Of a stretch of 21,896 bases of DNA, positions 1 to 10,136 are shown piece after piece. Each line of letters begins with the position of its first letter. The first letter of the stretch is position 1. Under the pieces are notes generated by a model. The model saw only the letters and a program-made list of their open reading frames with translations. It was not told the DNA's origin and ran no database searches. The position numbers were made by a program, and so were the translations under genes. The DNA comes from Trichodelitschia bisporula (lineage: Eukaryota), in assembly GCA_010356995.1 (NCBI GenBank), contig ML996693.1:1240001-1261896 (forward strand), read 5' to 3'.

Positions 1-1624
1 TGCGCGCTATCTCTGCTGCTGCTGTCACACATCGTACACGGCTTTCCGACGCTACGTTCGCTGGCAACCGGTGCTTGTCGGCCTTGAAGATGGCGGCCTG
101 GTGCAGGCAAATGGCTGATGTGTGCATTAGCATGTTAGTGAAGATAGTGCTCGGGTTCGGCAACCCTGCGGGCAGGCGCATGGAGTCGGGCATGGACAAG
201 GCCGTGTGCGCGAGGATACCCTCCAGATCGCGATGCCGCTGCCAGAACTCGCCGTTCAGGTCATGGTCGTCGTTTGCCTTCGACGGCCGGTGCAGATGTA
301 GCAGGTTGCGCCCAAGCAGCACCGCCATGATGATCACGCCGGAGGTGCTGTGCAGCTGAGCGGCGCCCGTCGGCTTGAGCGCCTGCTCGAGAGAGATAAG
401 GGGCACAGGCGTGCCGCTTTCGAAGGACGCATCCGGCGCAGGCAGGTTAGTCATTATGTCGGTTTCATCGATAGTCATGGGCCACCCGGTGCCAACACTC
501 GCATACCGGTCCTGACAAAACGCAATCCAAAACGTGCGTCTGCGCTCCTCGGCCTCAATCCAATCCTTCGCCGGCTGCAGACACTGCTTAACATCGAGCC
601 CCACGCCATCGAGCCGCTGCAGGCCAAGCATCTGCGCCAACCGCACAGAGCGCCCGACGCTCATCCACGCGCGCGGAAAGTACATATTCCGGAACTCGTG
701 CATGCTGACCAGCAGCCAGGCCTGGCAGTAGCCGACGTTGAGCAAGGACTCGCCGTGCCGCTTCATCTCGTCGTTGTGCAGGTACTTGCGCGCGCGCTGG
801 TAGAAGGTGTCGGTCAGGGACTCGTACCGGTCTGTGAGAGAGGCGGCGTGGCACCAGACGGCGTAACGGAGGCTGATGGGTGGGCGCATGTGTGGTGCTA
901 GGCTCATGGAGGCGAGGAAGCGGCCGCGGTGGATCATGGGGATGGCGGGGTGGATCTTTTGGAAGTAGACTTCGTTGCTTTTGGGATGTTAGAGGGTGAT
1001 TGGAAGGGGTGCTGGGACGTACAGCTCGTTGATTGTGTCTTGCGGCGGGAGGGACTCTTCGAGTCCCATTCCTACTACTTCCCATGAGAAGGGATCTTCG
1101 GCTACTGTTTCGGCGGGTGCGTCTAGGAGGACGAAGTCTTGCTGCGATAGTGCCTCCCGGCCCATACCCATATCCGTGGGCACTGTTGGCGAGAAGGTAT
1201 TCTCAACGGGCCGCGAGGCAAAGGCATTCTCAACGGGCGCCCGCGCGGTCGCGAGCACTGACGACGACTCAGGTTCCTGCGATTTGAGTAGAGTCTCGAC
1301 TTGTTCTACGGAAGGTTAGTCACGCTCAGCACCCCCGATATATCACATACGCAGCCTCGCCTCGAGCAGCTTCACGTAGCCCCGCTTGGGCCCGCTCTTC
1401 TTGCGGACCTCATCATAGGTGCAATCATGGCTCAAGCGCTTGCAGGTGCCGCACGTCGGCCGGCAGCCGTCGCAGCGCAGCTTGCGCTTGCGGCAGAGGA
1501 TGCAGGCGATGCGCTTCGTCTTGGGCTGGCCCTCGTTTGCGCCGACGGACCGCTCGGCGTCTTCGAGCGGCTGCGAGAGGTCGTTGAAGTAGTCTTCCTT
1601 TGCGGAGTCGGCCGACTCGGGCAT
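1..1624 (-). CDS. Zn(II)2Cys6 binuclear-cluster transcription factor with fungal-specific TF (middle homology) domain; 3' end lies outside the window
   Basis: ATG at 1624 (MPESADSAKEDY...). Exon 1 (1624-1351) has ACILCRKRKLRCDGCRPTCGTCKRLSHDC followed by YDEVRKKSGPKRGYVKLLEARL. Intron 1350-1306 (GTATGT..ACTAAC..TAG), exon 2 1305-1023, intron 1022-978 (GTACGT..CTAAC..AAG). Exon 3 runs open from 977 to base 1: VYFQKIHPAIPMIH...RAWMSVGRSVRLAQMLGL...EERRRTFWIAFCQDRYAS. An upstream start or extra 5' exons cannot be excluded. Confidence 0.93.
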
Positions 1625-2882
1625 CGTTTTCCAATCCGAGGGGCAGGTGCTTTGCGGATGCGGGTCACGGTGTGGGCGAGGACACGGAGTTCGGAAGGAC
1701 GATGGGAGACGCGGAGTCGGGAGGTGGTGGGCGGCGGAGGGGTGTTTGTCCGTCGGGACAATTGAAACGGGTTGTTCGGTGGAGTTAACGGAGGGGAATT
1801 GGGAGGGGACAGACACGAGGAATCGGGAACGACAAAGGCTTTTTAAGAGGAAACTAAGCAAGAGCTTCCCCGAGAACTAATTATACAGCATCTCCCAACC
1901 AGTAAGTACGGAGTACGAACTTGTAGAACCGGGCCTGATGCGCTTCGAGGGGGTGGGAGAAAGAGATGAAGGTTTTGGTGGTGAATTAGGCATCCGCATT
2001 TACACCTCAGCGACTGGACCTTTTGGCCAGAAGCATGGACTTGACGCTCGGTGTTTACGGGGAGAAACGTCCGCGGGGAGTGGGGGAGTGGGCGTGTTTC
2101 CCTTTGGCACTCTCGGGGGCGCCGCCGCATCAACGCCCGGGCCCTCTTTTGGGCAAGTTACGAGGCGTAAGAGGGGCCGGTGGTTGGTCTGCTCGCCCAA
2201 GCCCTGCTCGCTTGGCCATCTGATAGGGCTCATCATCAATCATGGATCTGCGGTGCCTTTGCGTCTGCGTTTTCGATCTGCTTCTGCGGTGAGCTGGTTT
2301 GGAATGTGGTGAGTGGAGGGATGGGGGGAAGGGCATGCGGGCCATGCGGGAGGATTAAGTTCCAAGGCTAGAAGGGCTTGGTTTGGGGCGCCTTGCCCGC
2401 TCCTTGTTCGCTTCAGCAACTTCCTCCTTGTTGCTTACACCCCTTCGTTTGTCTTGAGGGCTCCAGTTCTCCCTTGCGGCGTCCTGTGACAGGGCGCAGA
2501 AGGGCTGCAGATTGTGTTCCATGCTTACAAATGCCGCGTCCACACTGTTCTCGTATTAGCTTGCAGATGACTCGATGATGCAGCCGGCATGCCGCTAGCT
2601 GGATTGGACCTGTCGGCTAGGTGTGGGTTCTCGGGAGGGCGCCGAGGGCTTCGGGTCCGAGGGGAACGGTGGGGTTGGAGGCTGGCGGGGCATCGGGCGT
2701 TCGGTCGATGATTGAGGTTTGAGGCTGGAGAGAGGAATTGGAATAATGCCTAAATGTGAGGAAAGCCGATATACGAGCGGAGGTCGTTGATGGAGATGGT
2801 GAGACGGAGGAAGAACATACGGGGAGTGGGGCAGTGGGACCAGCGGTGGAGGAGATTGTGGGGGACAAACCCCGGCGGACGG

Positions 2883-2948
2883 AGATAGGATAGATAAGAT
2901 TAGATGAAACGATAATCTGATTAGATCTTTTCCCATTTTCTTAGATAA
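2883..2948. promoter_or_regulatory. Cluster of GATA(A/G) motifs in the divergent promoter between the Zn2Cys6 gene and NPR3
   Basis: GATA cores at 2884, 2889, 2893, 2911 and 2944, about 170-230 bp upstream of the NPR3 ATG; they match the AreA/NIT2 GATA core. Function is inferred only. Confidence 0.35.
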
Positions 2949-3112
2949 GATGGAATGGATGAGTGGCTGTCTGATCGACATACTTTTTGCCTTGCTTCTG
3001 TCCTCAACCTCTCGTATCCTCAACTCTCACATCCCTCCACCCACTTCTCCACCGCCATGGTCAATCCCTTCCGAAGCAGTCCCCTGCACATAGCCACAAT
3101 GCCCATGCGATA

Positions 3113-5509
3113 ATGCCAGCCCCAGTTGTCTTACCACCCAATCCGTGCCTCGTTGCTATCCTCCTCGTCATCAAGACCCGCTCAGGCTCTCGTCTCGTAT
3201 TCCACTACCCACCATCGCCTTCGGCCGACAAAGCCGCAGCCGGCGCCGATACCCACTGGCACAGTGCCACCAGCACTTATGGTGAAGAAGATGATGACTC
3301 CGCCTGGAGCTCGCACTCGGACAGCCCGCCCTCGGACGACAATGCCAGCAAGAGCAGCCGCGCAGGCAGCCGCGCGAGTGGCCGCCCCAGCCGTAACGAC
3401 ACGGGTGGGTCGGGCAAGAGCGCGCGCGCGAGGGCCGCTCTCGGGAGGCGTGAGGTGGAAGAAGACGTCGATTCCGAGGACCTGAACCGCGACGGGAACG
3501 TGCGCGTGACCCACAAGGACGATGTGGACGAAACGCACGCACTGTCAGATCCCGATTGGAATTCTGTCCTTGGCTTCGGTGCGGACGGCCTGAGCAGGGT
3601 CCTGACGCCGGGGCGAAGCTTCAACAAGCGCCGCTTCGAAGTCGGCATCGATCAGCTTATGTTTATTGGCGCGCCTATGTTCATTCGTGAGGACGGACAG
3701 TGGAAGAAGAAGAAGAAGCGGCGACGGAGACGCGCCAGCAGGGCTGTTCAGGACCCCGGGAGCGATGCCGATGTTGATGAAGCCGTAGCCGATGTAGGGT
3801 CGGCCGATGTGCACGCCAGCCCACCCGAGCCGGAGTTTGACGTTTCACAGGTATCGGGTTTCGAAGCAGGCTACGGTCATGTCATGTCCGGCGCGGCATC
3901 GGACATCTCGGAGAACAGCCACGACGGCGATATGGACATGTTCAACGTGGTGTTTGTGATGAACCCGCCGGCCCTTGAGCACCACCTACGCGTTGAGGAG
4001 ATGTATGACCATGTGCTTAAAAAGTTCGCAAAGGAGCTCAAGTTTGAGCAAGCGCAGCGCGGATATGTCTTCAAAGAGTCAAGGGAGATCCTGTCGATGA
4101 AGGAGAAGGGTCGCGAGAACCGCGCGCCGATGTATACGCTATGGCCCAACATTCTTGGGACATCATCGCTGGCCAAGGCGATTGCCATCATCTTCGACCA
4201 GATTTCGAACAACAAGATTGCCCACGTCAATCTGGACTCTGCCTTCGACATGTCCTTCCAGATCCCGCAGACAATATCGACGCCGTACATTTCGACCGCG
4301 ACTGAACCGCAGCTGCCTGGCCTGTGGCTAACGACAGCGACGCTACACGGGGATGATGAGGAGCCGGCGCTGAGTGAGCACTCGGCCCTCCTGCTGCTCG
4401 ACGACCAGGACACGCTGCTGAAGGAGGTCGAGGGCGATCAGAAAGAGCTCTCGCGGCCGTTGTCGTTTTTTATCCGGAACCTCACCCCGACCAAGTCGCT
4501 GCATAAATTGTCACAGGCGCACGCAATGCCTATTCGGGATGTGCAGTTCCTCGCACGGCACCTTATCTACTGGCGACGCGCGCGCGCCATCCCGCCATTG
4601 CGCTGGCGCGACACGTACATCGTGTCACCGAACGCCGATATGCACGCGCTACCAGCAGCGATCAAGGCGTTTGCGACGCGCTTCCAGGCACTGCCATCGC
4701 TACCGCAGTTCCTACAGAGTCTATCGGGTACACCGAAGCCGTACGCCAGTCTGATGCCGAGCCGGGACCATCGATCTGTTTACATGGACATTCTGGCCTG
4801 GCTGATGCGGGGCGGCTGGGTCACGCAGCTGCGCACCTTTGGCTGGGTGCGTGTACCGCCAGAGGTGAAAGCGGCCGTTGCAGCGAACGCGAAGACCCGG
4901 GCGACGCGCAGTGCCAGCGGCCGATCGGGACAGAGCGACGATGCATCCGACCGGGAGCGCACTCCAGTGACGCCATTTCGGCGCGAGGGGCGCGAGCCTG
5001 ATGTGCCGGAGTTTGTGTCGACACTCTCGCCACGCCTCACTGCGCACCGGCCCGGACCGCCATCCGAGTCGGGGAGCGTAAGCAGCGGGCGGTCTGGGCT
5101 GACTGCGACCACACCGATGTCGCCGCTGCAGCAGCCACAGCGGATCCCGCACCGGCCATCGCGCCTGCACATCAACCAGACAGCGGTGGAAGCGCCGCCA
5201 AGCCCGTCGCTCGGCAGCCAGCCGGTGTCGTCGCCTAGCGAGGGTCCACCGGAGCCCAAGTTTACGGCGAGTATCATCTCGTCGCCGCAGCGGGCGCAGG
5301 CGGTCGAGTCGCAGTGGCTCGAGTACATTGGCTCCCATTTTGAGGATCCTGATCTGCGTGAGATGTGGCCCGTGCTACTGCGGTATTTTGATGGAAGGCG
5401 CCCGCTGGAGGAGATTCCGGTGCGGGAAGGGCTGAAGAAGAAACGTGTTGCGCCGCTGTTGGGGAAATTAGCTCGCGAGGGGTGGTTGGTGACTGTGCGG
5501 CATTGGTAG
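3113..5509 (+). CDS. NPR3: Nitrogen permease regulator 3 (SEACIT/GATOR1 subunit, NPRL3 ortholog), ~798 aa, intronless
   Basis: First ATG of the long ORF is at 3113: MPAPVVLPPNPCLVAILLVIKTRSGSRLVFHYPP (longin-like start). Other motifs: RRFEVGIDQLMFIGAP, MFNVVFVMNPP, KFAKELKFEQA, FLARHLIYWRRARAIPPL, YIVSPNADM, and C-terminal YFDGRRPLEEIPVREGLKKK...VRHW*. Confidence 0.93.
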   Translation: MPAPVVLPPNPCLVAILLVIKTRSGSRLVFHYPPSPSADKAAAGADTHWHSATSTYGEEDDDSAWSSHSDSPPSDDNASKSSRAGSRASGRPSRNDTGGSGKSARARAALGRREVEEDVDSEDLNRDGNVRVTHKDDVDETHALSDPDWNSVLGFGADGLSRVLTPGRSFNKRRFEVGIDQLMFIGAPMFIREDGQWKKKKKRRRRRASRAVQDPGSDADVDEAVADVGSADVHASPPEPEFDVSQVSGFEAGYGHVMSGAASDISENSHDGDMDMFNVVFVMNPPALEHHLRVEEMYDHVLKKFAKELKFEQAQRGYVFKESREILSMKEKGRENRAPMYTLWPNILGTSSLAKAIAIIFDQISNNKIAHVNLDSAFDMSFQIPQTISTPYISTATEPQLPGLWLTTATLHGDDEEPALSEHSALLLLDDQDTLLKEVEGDQKELSRPLSFFIRNLTPTKSLHKLSQAHAMPIRDVQFLARHLIYWRRARAIPPLRWRDTYIVSPNADMHALPAAIKAFATRFQALPSLPQFLQSLSGTPKPYASLMPSRDHRSVYMDILAWLMRGGWVTQLRTFGWVRVPPEVKAAVAANAKTRATRSASGRSGQSDDASDRERTPVTPFRREGREPDVPEFVSTLSPRLTAHRPGPPSESGSVSSGRSGLTATTPMSPLQQPQRIPHRPSRLHINQTAVEAPPSPSLGSQPVSSPSEGPPEPKFTASIISSPQRAQAVESQWLEYIGSHFEDPDLREMWPVLLRYFDGRRPLEEIPVREGLKKKRVAPLLGKLAREGWLVTVRHW

Positions 5510-6339
5510 TGGGTCGGACTGTAATGGTGGTGTGTTAAGGCTGCGTCGATAGGGTGGAAGGCTTTGCGCTTCTTTCTCGCCGACACGTCGATACTGATAC
5601 AGTCGATGTACTCAATCTCCCCATCGCTTTAAGCTGGGCCGATTTCTGGTGTTTCTTTATCTGGTTCTTGTCAGCCTTTTGGCACCTCTGACATGCGCTT
5701 CGTGTCCGCTTTCTAGCATCTAGGACACGAAGCGCATGGCACAGATGCCAAAAGGCCGACATTAACCGGGTGAGGCAACATCAAGATCAGTACAGCCAAA
5801 AGTGAGGTGGCAGATCGTGCACATCGACTACACCAGCCTTTGATATGTCGACAGGCAGGTGTTGGATTGTCCAAGTAAGAGGTGGCGCGGTTCAATGAAT
5901 TAAGATATCCGGACATCCTTGCGCTTGCAGCGACGGTAATAACAGTTTAAGCGCAAGTAGTGTTCAATAGCGCCTGCAGAGTGAAAATCTGAGATTGAAG
6001 ACTCGTGACTTGAACTCTTACAATTTGAGCTACTGTGGGATATGTGCGCCGCCATCTGGAAAAAAGCGGTCCAGATGGTTGCCCAAATGGGACGGGCTGC
6101 ACTTGCCGAAGGTGGTTAGACTGATGGAAGCAGGCCGAAGGCTCAACCTCGAGCAAGCGAGAGGCAACAAACGTCGAGCTCAAGGCCACGCTTCAAAACT
6201 TCACACATTCAGTCAACCACCTAATCTCTACGACCACGCACCTTGGGACCTTTTCAACCCATAATCTACAGCTCAGGCACGCACTTGGACGTATCACCCC
6301 TCGCAACCCCACCTACTCGGCAGAGCCTACCCCGCTATC

Positions 6340-7528
6340 ATGGCGAGCTCCGCAGATACGAAGAAGCGCCTCGCCCTCGCGGTGATCGACTTCCTAAACA
6401 CCTCCGTCACAGATGGCACCGTCAGCTCCGATGAAGCAGAGTCGATCGAGATCGCAACCAACTGCATCGCCGACGCCTTCAAAGTCGACGCAAACGATAA
6501 GGAGGCCATCAAGGCAGCCACGGGCTCCAAGAACCTGCTCAGCATCTACAGCGTGTTCGACAATCTCAAGAGCAAGACACCCGCTACACCAGCCGCTGCT
6601 TCTCCCAGTCCCTCTACGCCGGCTCCCGCCACTGGTGCTGCAGGAGACGAGAAGACGAAGGCTGAAGCTGAGGCGCTGAAGGGGCAGGGCAATGCCGCCA
6701 TCCAGCGCAAGGACTATTCTGCGGCCATCGACTTCTACACTAAGGCACTCGACCTTACGCCGCTGAACCCAGTCTACCTGTCCAACCGCGCGGCCGCATA
6801 CTCTGGTTCAGGCAAGCACGAGGAAGCGAAGAACGACGCCGAGATGGCCGTTGCCGCGGACCCGAAGTTTGCTAAGGCGTGGAGCCGTCTGGGACTGGCT
6901 AAGTTCGCGCTCGGTGATGCGGTGGGTAGCATGGAGGCGTACAAGAAGGGCATTGAGGCCGAAGGCAACGGCGGCAGCGCGGCGATGAAGAAGGGCTACG
7001 AGACGGCGAAGAAGCGCGTTGAAGAAGATGGTGGTGATGGGCTGGAGACCGATCGCGGCGCGCCTGATTTCGGATCCGGTGGGATGCCGGATTTGTCGGC
7101 GCTGTCGGGCATTTTTGGAGGCGGTGCCGGCGGCGGCGGTGGCGGCGGTATGCCCAACTTTGCAGACATGATGAACAACCCGATGATGCGCCAGATGGCT
7201 CAGAATCTGATGAGCAACCCGGATGCCATGAGCGGCTTGCTCAACAACCCGCGCCTGCGCGAGATGGCGAGCCAAGTTGGTGGTGGTGGTCCTGCCGGAG
7301 GTGCTGCCGGAGGTGCTGAACGCGGCAGCGGTGGCGGCGGCGGCGGTGGCATGCCGGATCTTTCCAGTCTGCTGCAGGATCCGGCTCTGATGGATATGTG
7401 AGTATTTCTGCTTGTTCCTGGCTGGCACATACTGACTACTTAGGGCGCGGAACTTCATGGGTGGAGCTGGTGGCGCTGGCGGAGCGGGAGGCGCTGGGGC
7501 AGGTGCTGGCCGGGGACGCGGAGCTTAG
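6340..7528 (+). CDS. SGT2: Sgt2/SGTA small glutamine-rich TPR co-chaperone (GET pathway), ~380 aa
   Basis: N-terminal dimerisation domain (KKRLALAVIDFL...ESIEIATNCIADAF), three TPRs (AEALKGQGNAAIQRKDYSAAIDFYTKAL; YLSNRAAAYS; KAWSRLGLAKF) and an M/N/P-rich STI1-like region. Exon 1 6340-7397, intron 7398-7443 (GTGAGT..ACTGAC..TAG), exon 2 7444-7528 (MARNFMGGAGG...RGRGA*). Confidence 0.95.
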
Positions 7529-7714
7529 AATGGATAGCTAGACGATACCACACTAATGACGCCTGCTGAGGGCGATTGATGCCTACATTAGTGTTGTGCT
7601 CGAGTGTAGCGGTTGAGCATGAGTCTAACGACAGTTTGATGCCTGTAGTGGTTGTTGGGCACGAGTTCACGGGAAATGGATGTCAGAAATCATTGGTATC
7701 TCGAGTCCACAACG

Positions 7715-8399
7715 CTAATCCACGGGCAGTCTCCACAGCCCATCACCTAGATAATGCGACGCATCCTCTATCGCAACGCCCTTCTTCTCCTTCTTCATCT
7801 GCTCCGTCCCCGTCTTCAATATCCCCACCAGACACGCATGTTCCTTGCCCTCCGCCTCAACCACCACAATCGCTCCAGCCTCAAGCTCCTGCTTCCCATA
7901 CCGGTATCCCTCCTCACTATCCGGATCCGGCAATCGCCCGCCCGGCGACGTCAACCCGGGGATCATGAGACTCGCACCCGAAAGCACAAAGCGGATAGCT
8001 CCGTGGTCGATGCGCACGCGCGGAAAGCAGTCCGGGAAGCGGTGCACAAGCTTCAGGTGCGGGATCAGCCGGTCTTCGGTTTCGTAGCACAGGGCGTCGA
8101 TGCGCGGGTTTTTGGAACCGGCGGGCGTGTACTTGACGACATAGAGGGGGACGTTTTTCTTGGGGCTGGGTGGGTTAGCCAGGGCATGGTGAGAGGGAGT
8201 GGAGGAAGGGAGTGGAGGAAGGGAAAGCATACGTTCGGATCGATATGGATTCCATATGGCCTTTGTCTGCTTTGCGCATGATCTCGTCCATGTGCGGTTC
8301 CAGTGCTGGGAAGGCCTCGACGAACTTGTCGCGCAGCCGGCGCTGGACTGAGGACTTGACCGATTGGGCCGGGGACACGTTGTATTCTTTCTTGAACAT
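7715..8399 (-). CDS. TMA20: Translation machinery-associated protein 20 / MCT-1 (pre-PUA + PUA domain), ~205 aa
   Basis: ATG at 8399, MFKKEYNVSPAQSVKSSVQRRLRDKF. Exon 1 8399-8233, intron 8232-8166 (GTATGC..GCTAAC..CAG), exon 2 8165-7715 with LIPHLKLVHRFP, IDHGAIRFVLSGASLMIPGLTSPGG, AEGKEHAC, HYLGDGLW. Confidence 0.93.
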
Positions 8400-8846
8400 G
8401 GCGGTGAGGGGGGAGATTGTCAAATGGTGTGTGGTTGGAAGGCGGAGTGTTTGGAGCTTGTGGAGCTCTTGTTGTACTGTTGTTTTAGCGTGGTCTACTT
8501 CTTGCCCCGCGCGGGGCTGGGAGGCGGAGCGGATTATCTTGCGGGGGTGGCGGTGTGGCTGGAAACTGCGTTTATCGCCGCATTACACACATCTTCAACG
8601 TCGTTTCACGATGAACATGAATGAATCATGAATTTTTTAATTCATTACTACTGAGATCTCTGATTGGGACATGATTGCATTAGTCATTTCAGCGTAGGCA
8701 GTCTTCCGTCGCTTTCAGTCTCCCTCGGAATTGCTGCTCCTCCCAAATTCTCTTGTTGGCAACATTATTCAAGCATCCCAAAGTCGCCAATTCTCGCCAG
8801 CAAGTTCAGGAACACTCAACTTCAGTAATGCTCCAGAAGCCGAATC

Positions 8847-9747
8847 TTATGGCAGGCCCCGGCCAGAATTCACGGCATTAGCAACCTGGCTCGTATTGGG
8901 GCGGTTTTCTGGCTTGATCAGCACCGCGCGCCCAAAGCTCTCCCCACTCACCAGCATAGCGCTCATAACTATCCAGGTACAGCTCATCAGTGCTCGTCGT
9001 CGCCTTAACATGTTCATTCCCCTCAAGCGCATCCACCCACTTCGCCCACCGGGTCCCAGGCTCAGGATCAGGCCAGCCGCGATACGGTCCGAGCACGCGG
9101 CGCAAGCGCAATATCCACGGCGCGATTTGGACATCAACGAAGCCGAGATCCGCGCCCATAAAGAACGGACCATTTGCATCAGCCGCATCAACCAGCTTCT
9201 CGATCTGGGTCTTGAGCTCCACCGCGTGCTCGGCCTGCTTGTCCGTCTCCTGCGCCTGCAGCACGCGGTAGAACTGCGGCACGATGTGCCGATTGATGTG
9301 GTCGGCCCACAGGCGGGAAGTTGCACGGCCACGGGGGTGCTTGGGGAGCAAGCGCATCCCGTTGAGATCCTCGAGCTGGCAGGGTTAACATGCGCTCTGA
9401 TGATTTGGCGCACGCACGTATTCCATCAGCACCGTGCTCTCGTAGCAGCCCCAGTCGCCGTGACGCAGCGCCGGCACCAGGCCGCGCGGGTTGACAGCCA
9501 GTAGCGACTCGGGTTTCTTGTACGGGTCGACCTCGACGTATTGGTATTCCATGTCTTTGGCCTCAAGTGCGATCCATACGCGCTGCACGAAGGGGCTGCG
9601 CAGTTATTCTCTGCTCAATGATGGGCAGGCGACTTGCCAGAAGCAGCTCCCGTATAGCGTCAGGCTGTTGGATGCTGCGTGCTTCTCCGCGGTGGCGAGC
9701 GCGGCGCCGGTCGCTTTGGTATGGTAAGACTTTTGTGTCGATGCCAT
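8847..9747 (-). CDS. Glutathione S-transferase, omega/GSTFuA-like (CPF active-site motif), ~257 aa
   Basis: Exons 9747-9638, 9595-9418, 9375-8952 and 8908-8847 total 774 nt. Spliced product: LYGSCFCPFVQRVWIALEAK...VNPRGLVPAL...YESTVLMEYLEDL...GPFFMGADLGFVDVQIAPW...YERYAENRPNTSQVANAVNSGRGLP*. Intron 1 has a GC donor. Confidence 0.92.
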
Positions 9748-10096
9748 GGTGAAGTGTAACGCGATGTGGATTTGAGCGTTGGCAATAGAGCGCGCATGTA
9801 ATGAAAGCGAGCTTGAGGCGCGAGATGTCGCGATGGCAAGCGGGGCGCGGGGCATTTTATCAGCCACTGACGCAATTGCTTTCAGCCACAACCCCGCCAT
9901 CCGTGTCTTCAGCCTCACTAGTATCGCAGGTCATCGCAAGCAGAGAAAAATAAATAAAGGGGTATTGCTTTCTTCAGTCTATCCCTAAGCAATACCGATG
10001 TAGTGCTCCGTCAAACCTCATCTGACAACTCAAAAGCCGCCCTTCGCAAGTACTACCCCGACGCAGATATGGCTGGTGACACTCCTTATCCCACCA

Positions 10097-10130
10097 CCTC
10101 TCCCACCATTGCCTCTCCCACCATTGCCTC
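10097..10130. repeat. Short tandem duplication, 15-bp unit CCTCTCCCACCATTG x2.3
   Basis: Identical copies at 10097-10111 and 10112-10126, plus a partial copy to 10130. Confidence 0.85.
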
Positions 10131-10136
10131 GTCTCC

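Noticed and set aside
380..420. Apparent frameshift in exon 3 of the Zn2Cys6 gene
   Set aside because: Re-reading gives a continuous frame (SGTPVPLISLEQALKPTG); the exon is missing from the ORF track only because it runs off the window edge.
2987..3112. 42-aa N-terminal extension of NPR3 in the ORF track
   Set aside because: It starts at a TTG; Npr3-like sequence begins at ATG 3113, and the upstream pyrimidine-rich sequence looks like 5' UTR.
8628..8645. AT-rich inverted repeat ATGAATT-TTTT-AATTCAT between the GST and TMA20
   Set aside because: Short and AT-only; compatible with an ordinary 3'-end or nucleosome-free tract, with no specific function supportable.
350..9504. Long antisense ORFs (e.g. 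350-901, 4780-5586, 6808-7458, 7754-8281, 8731-9504)
   Set aside because: They are shadows of GC-rich coding sequence on the opposite strand and have no recognisable motifs.
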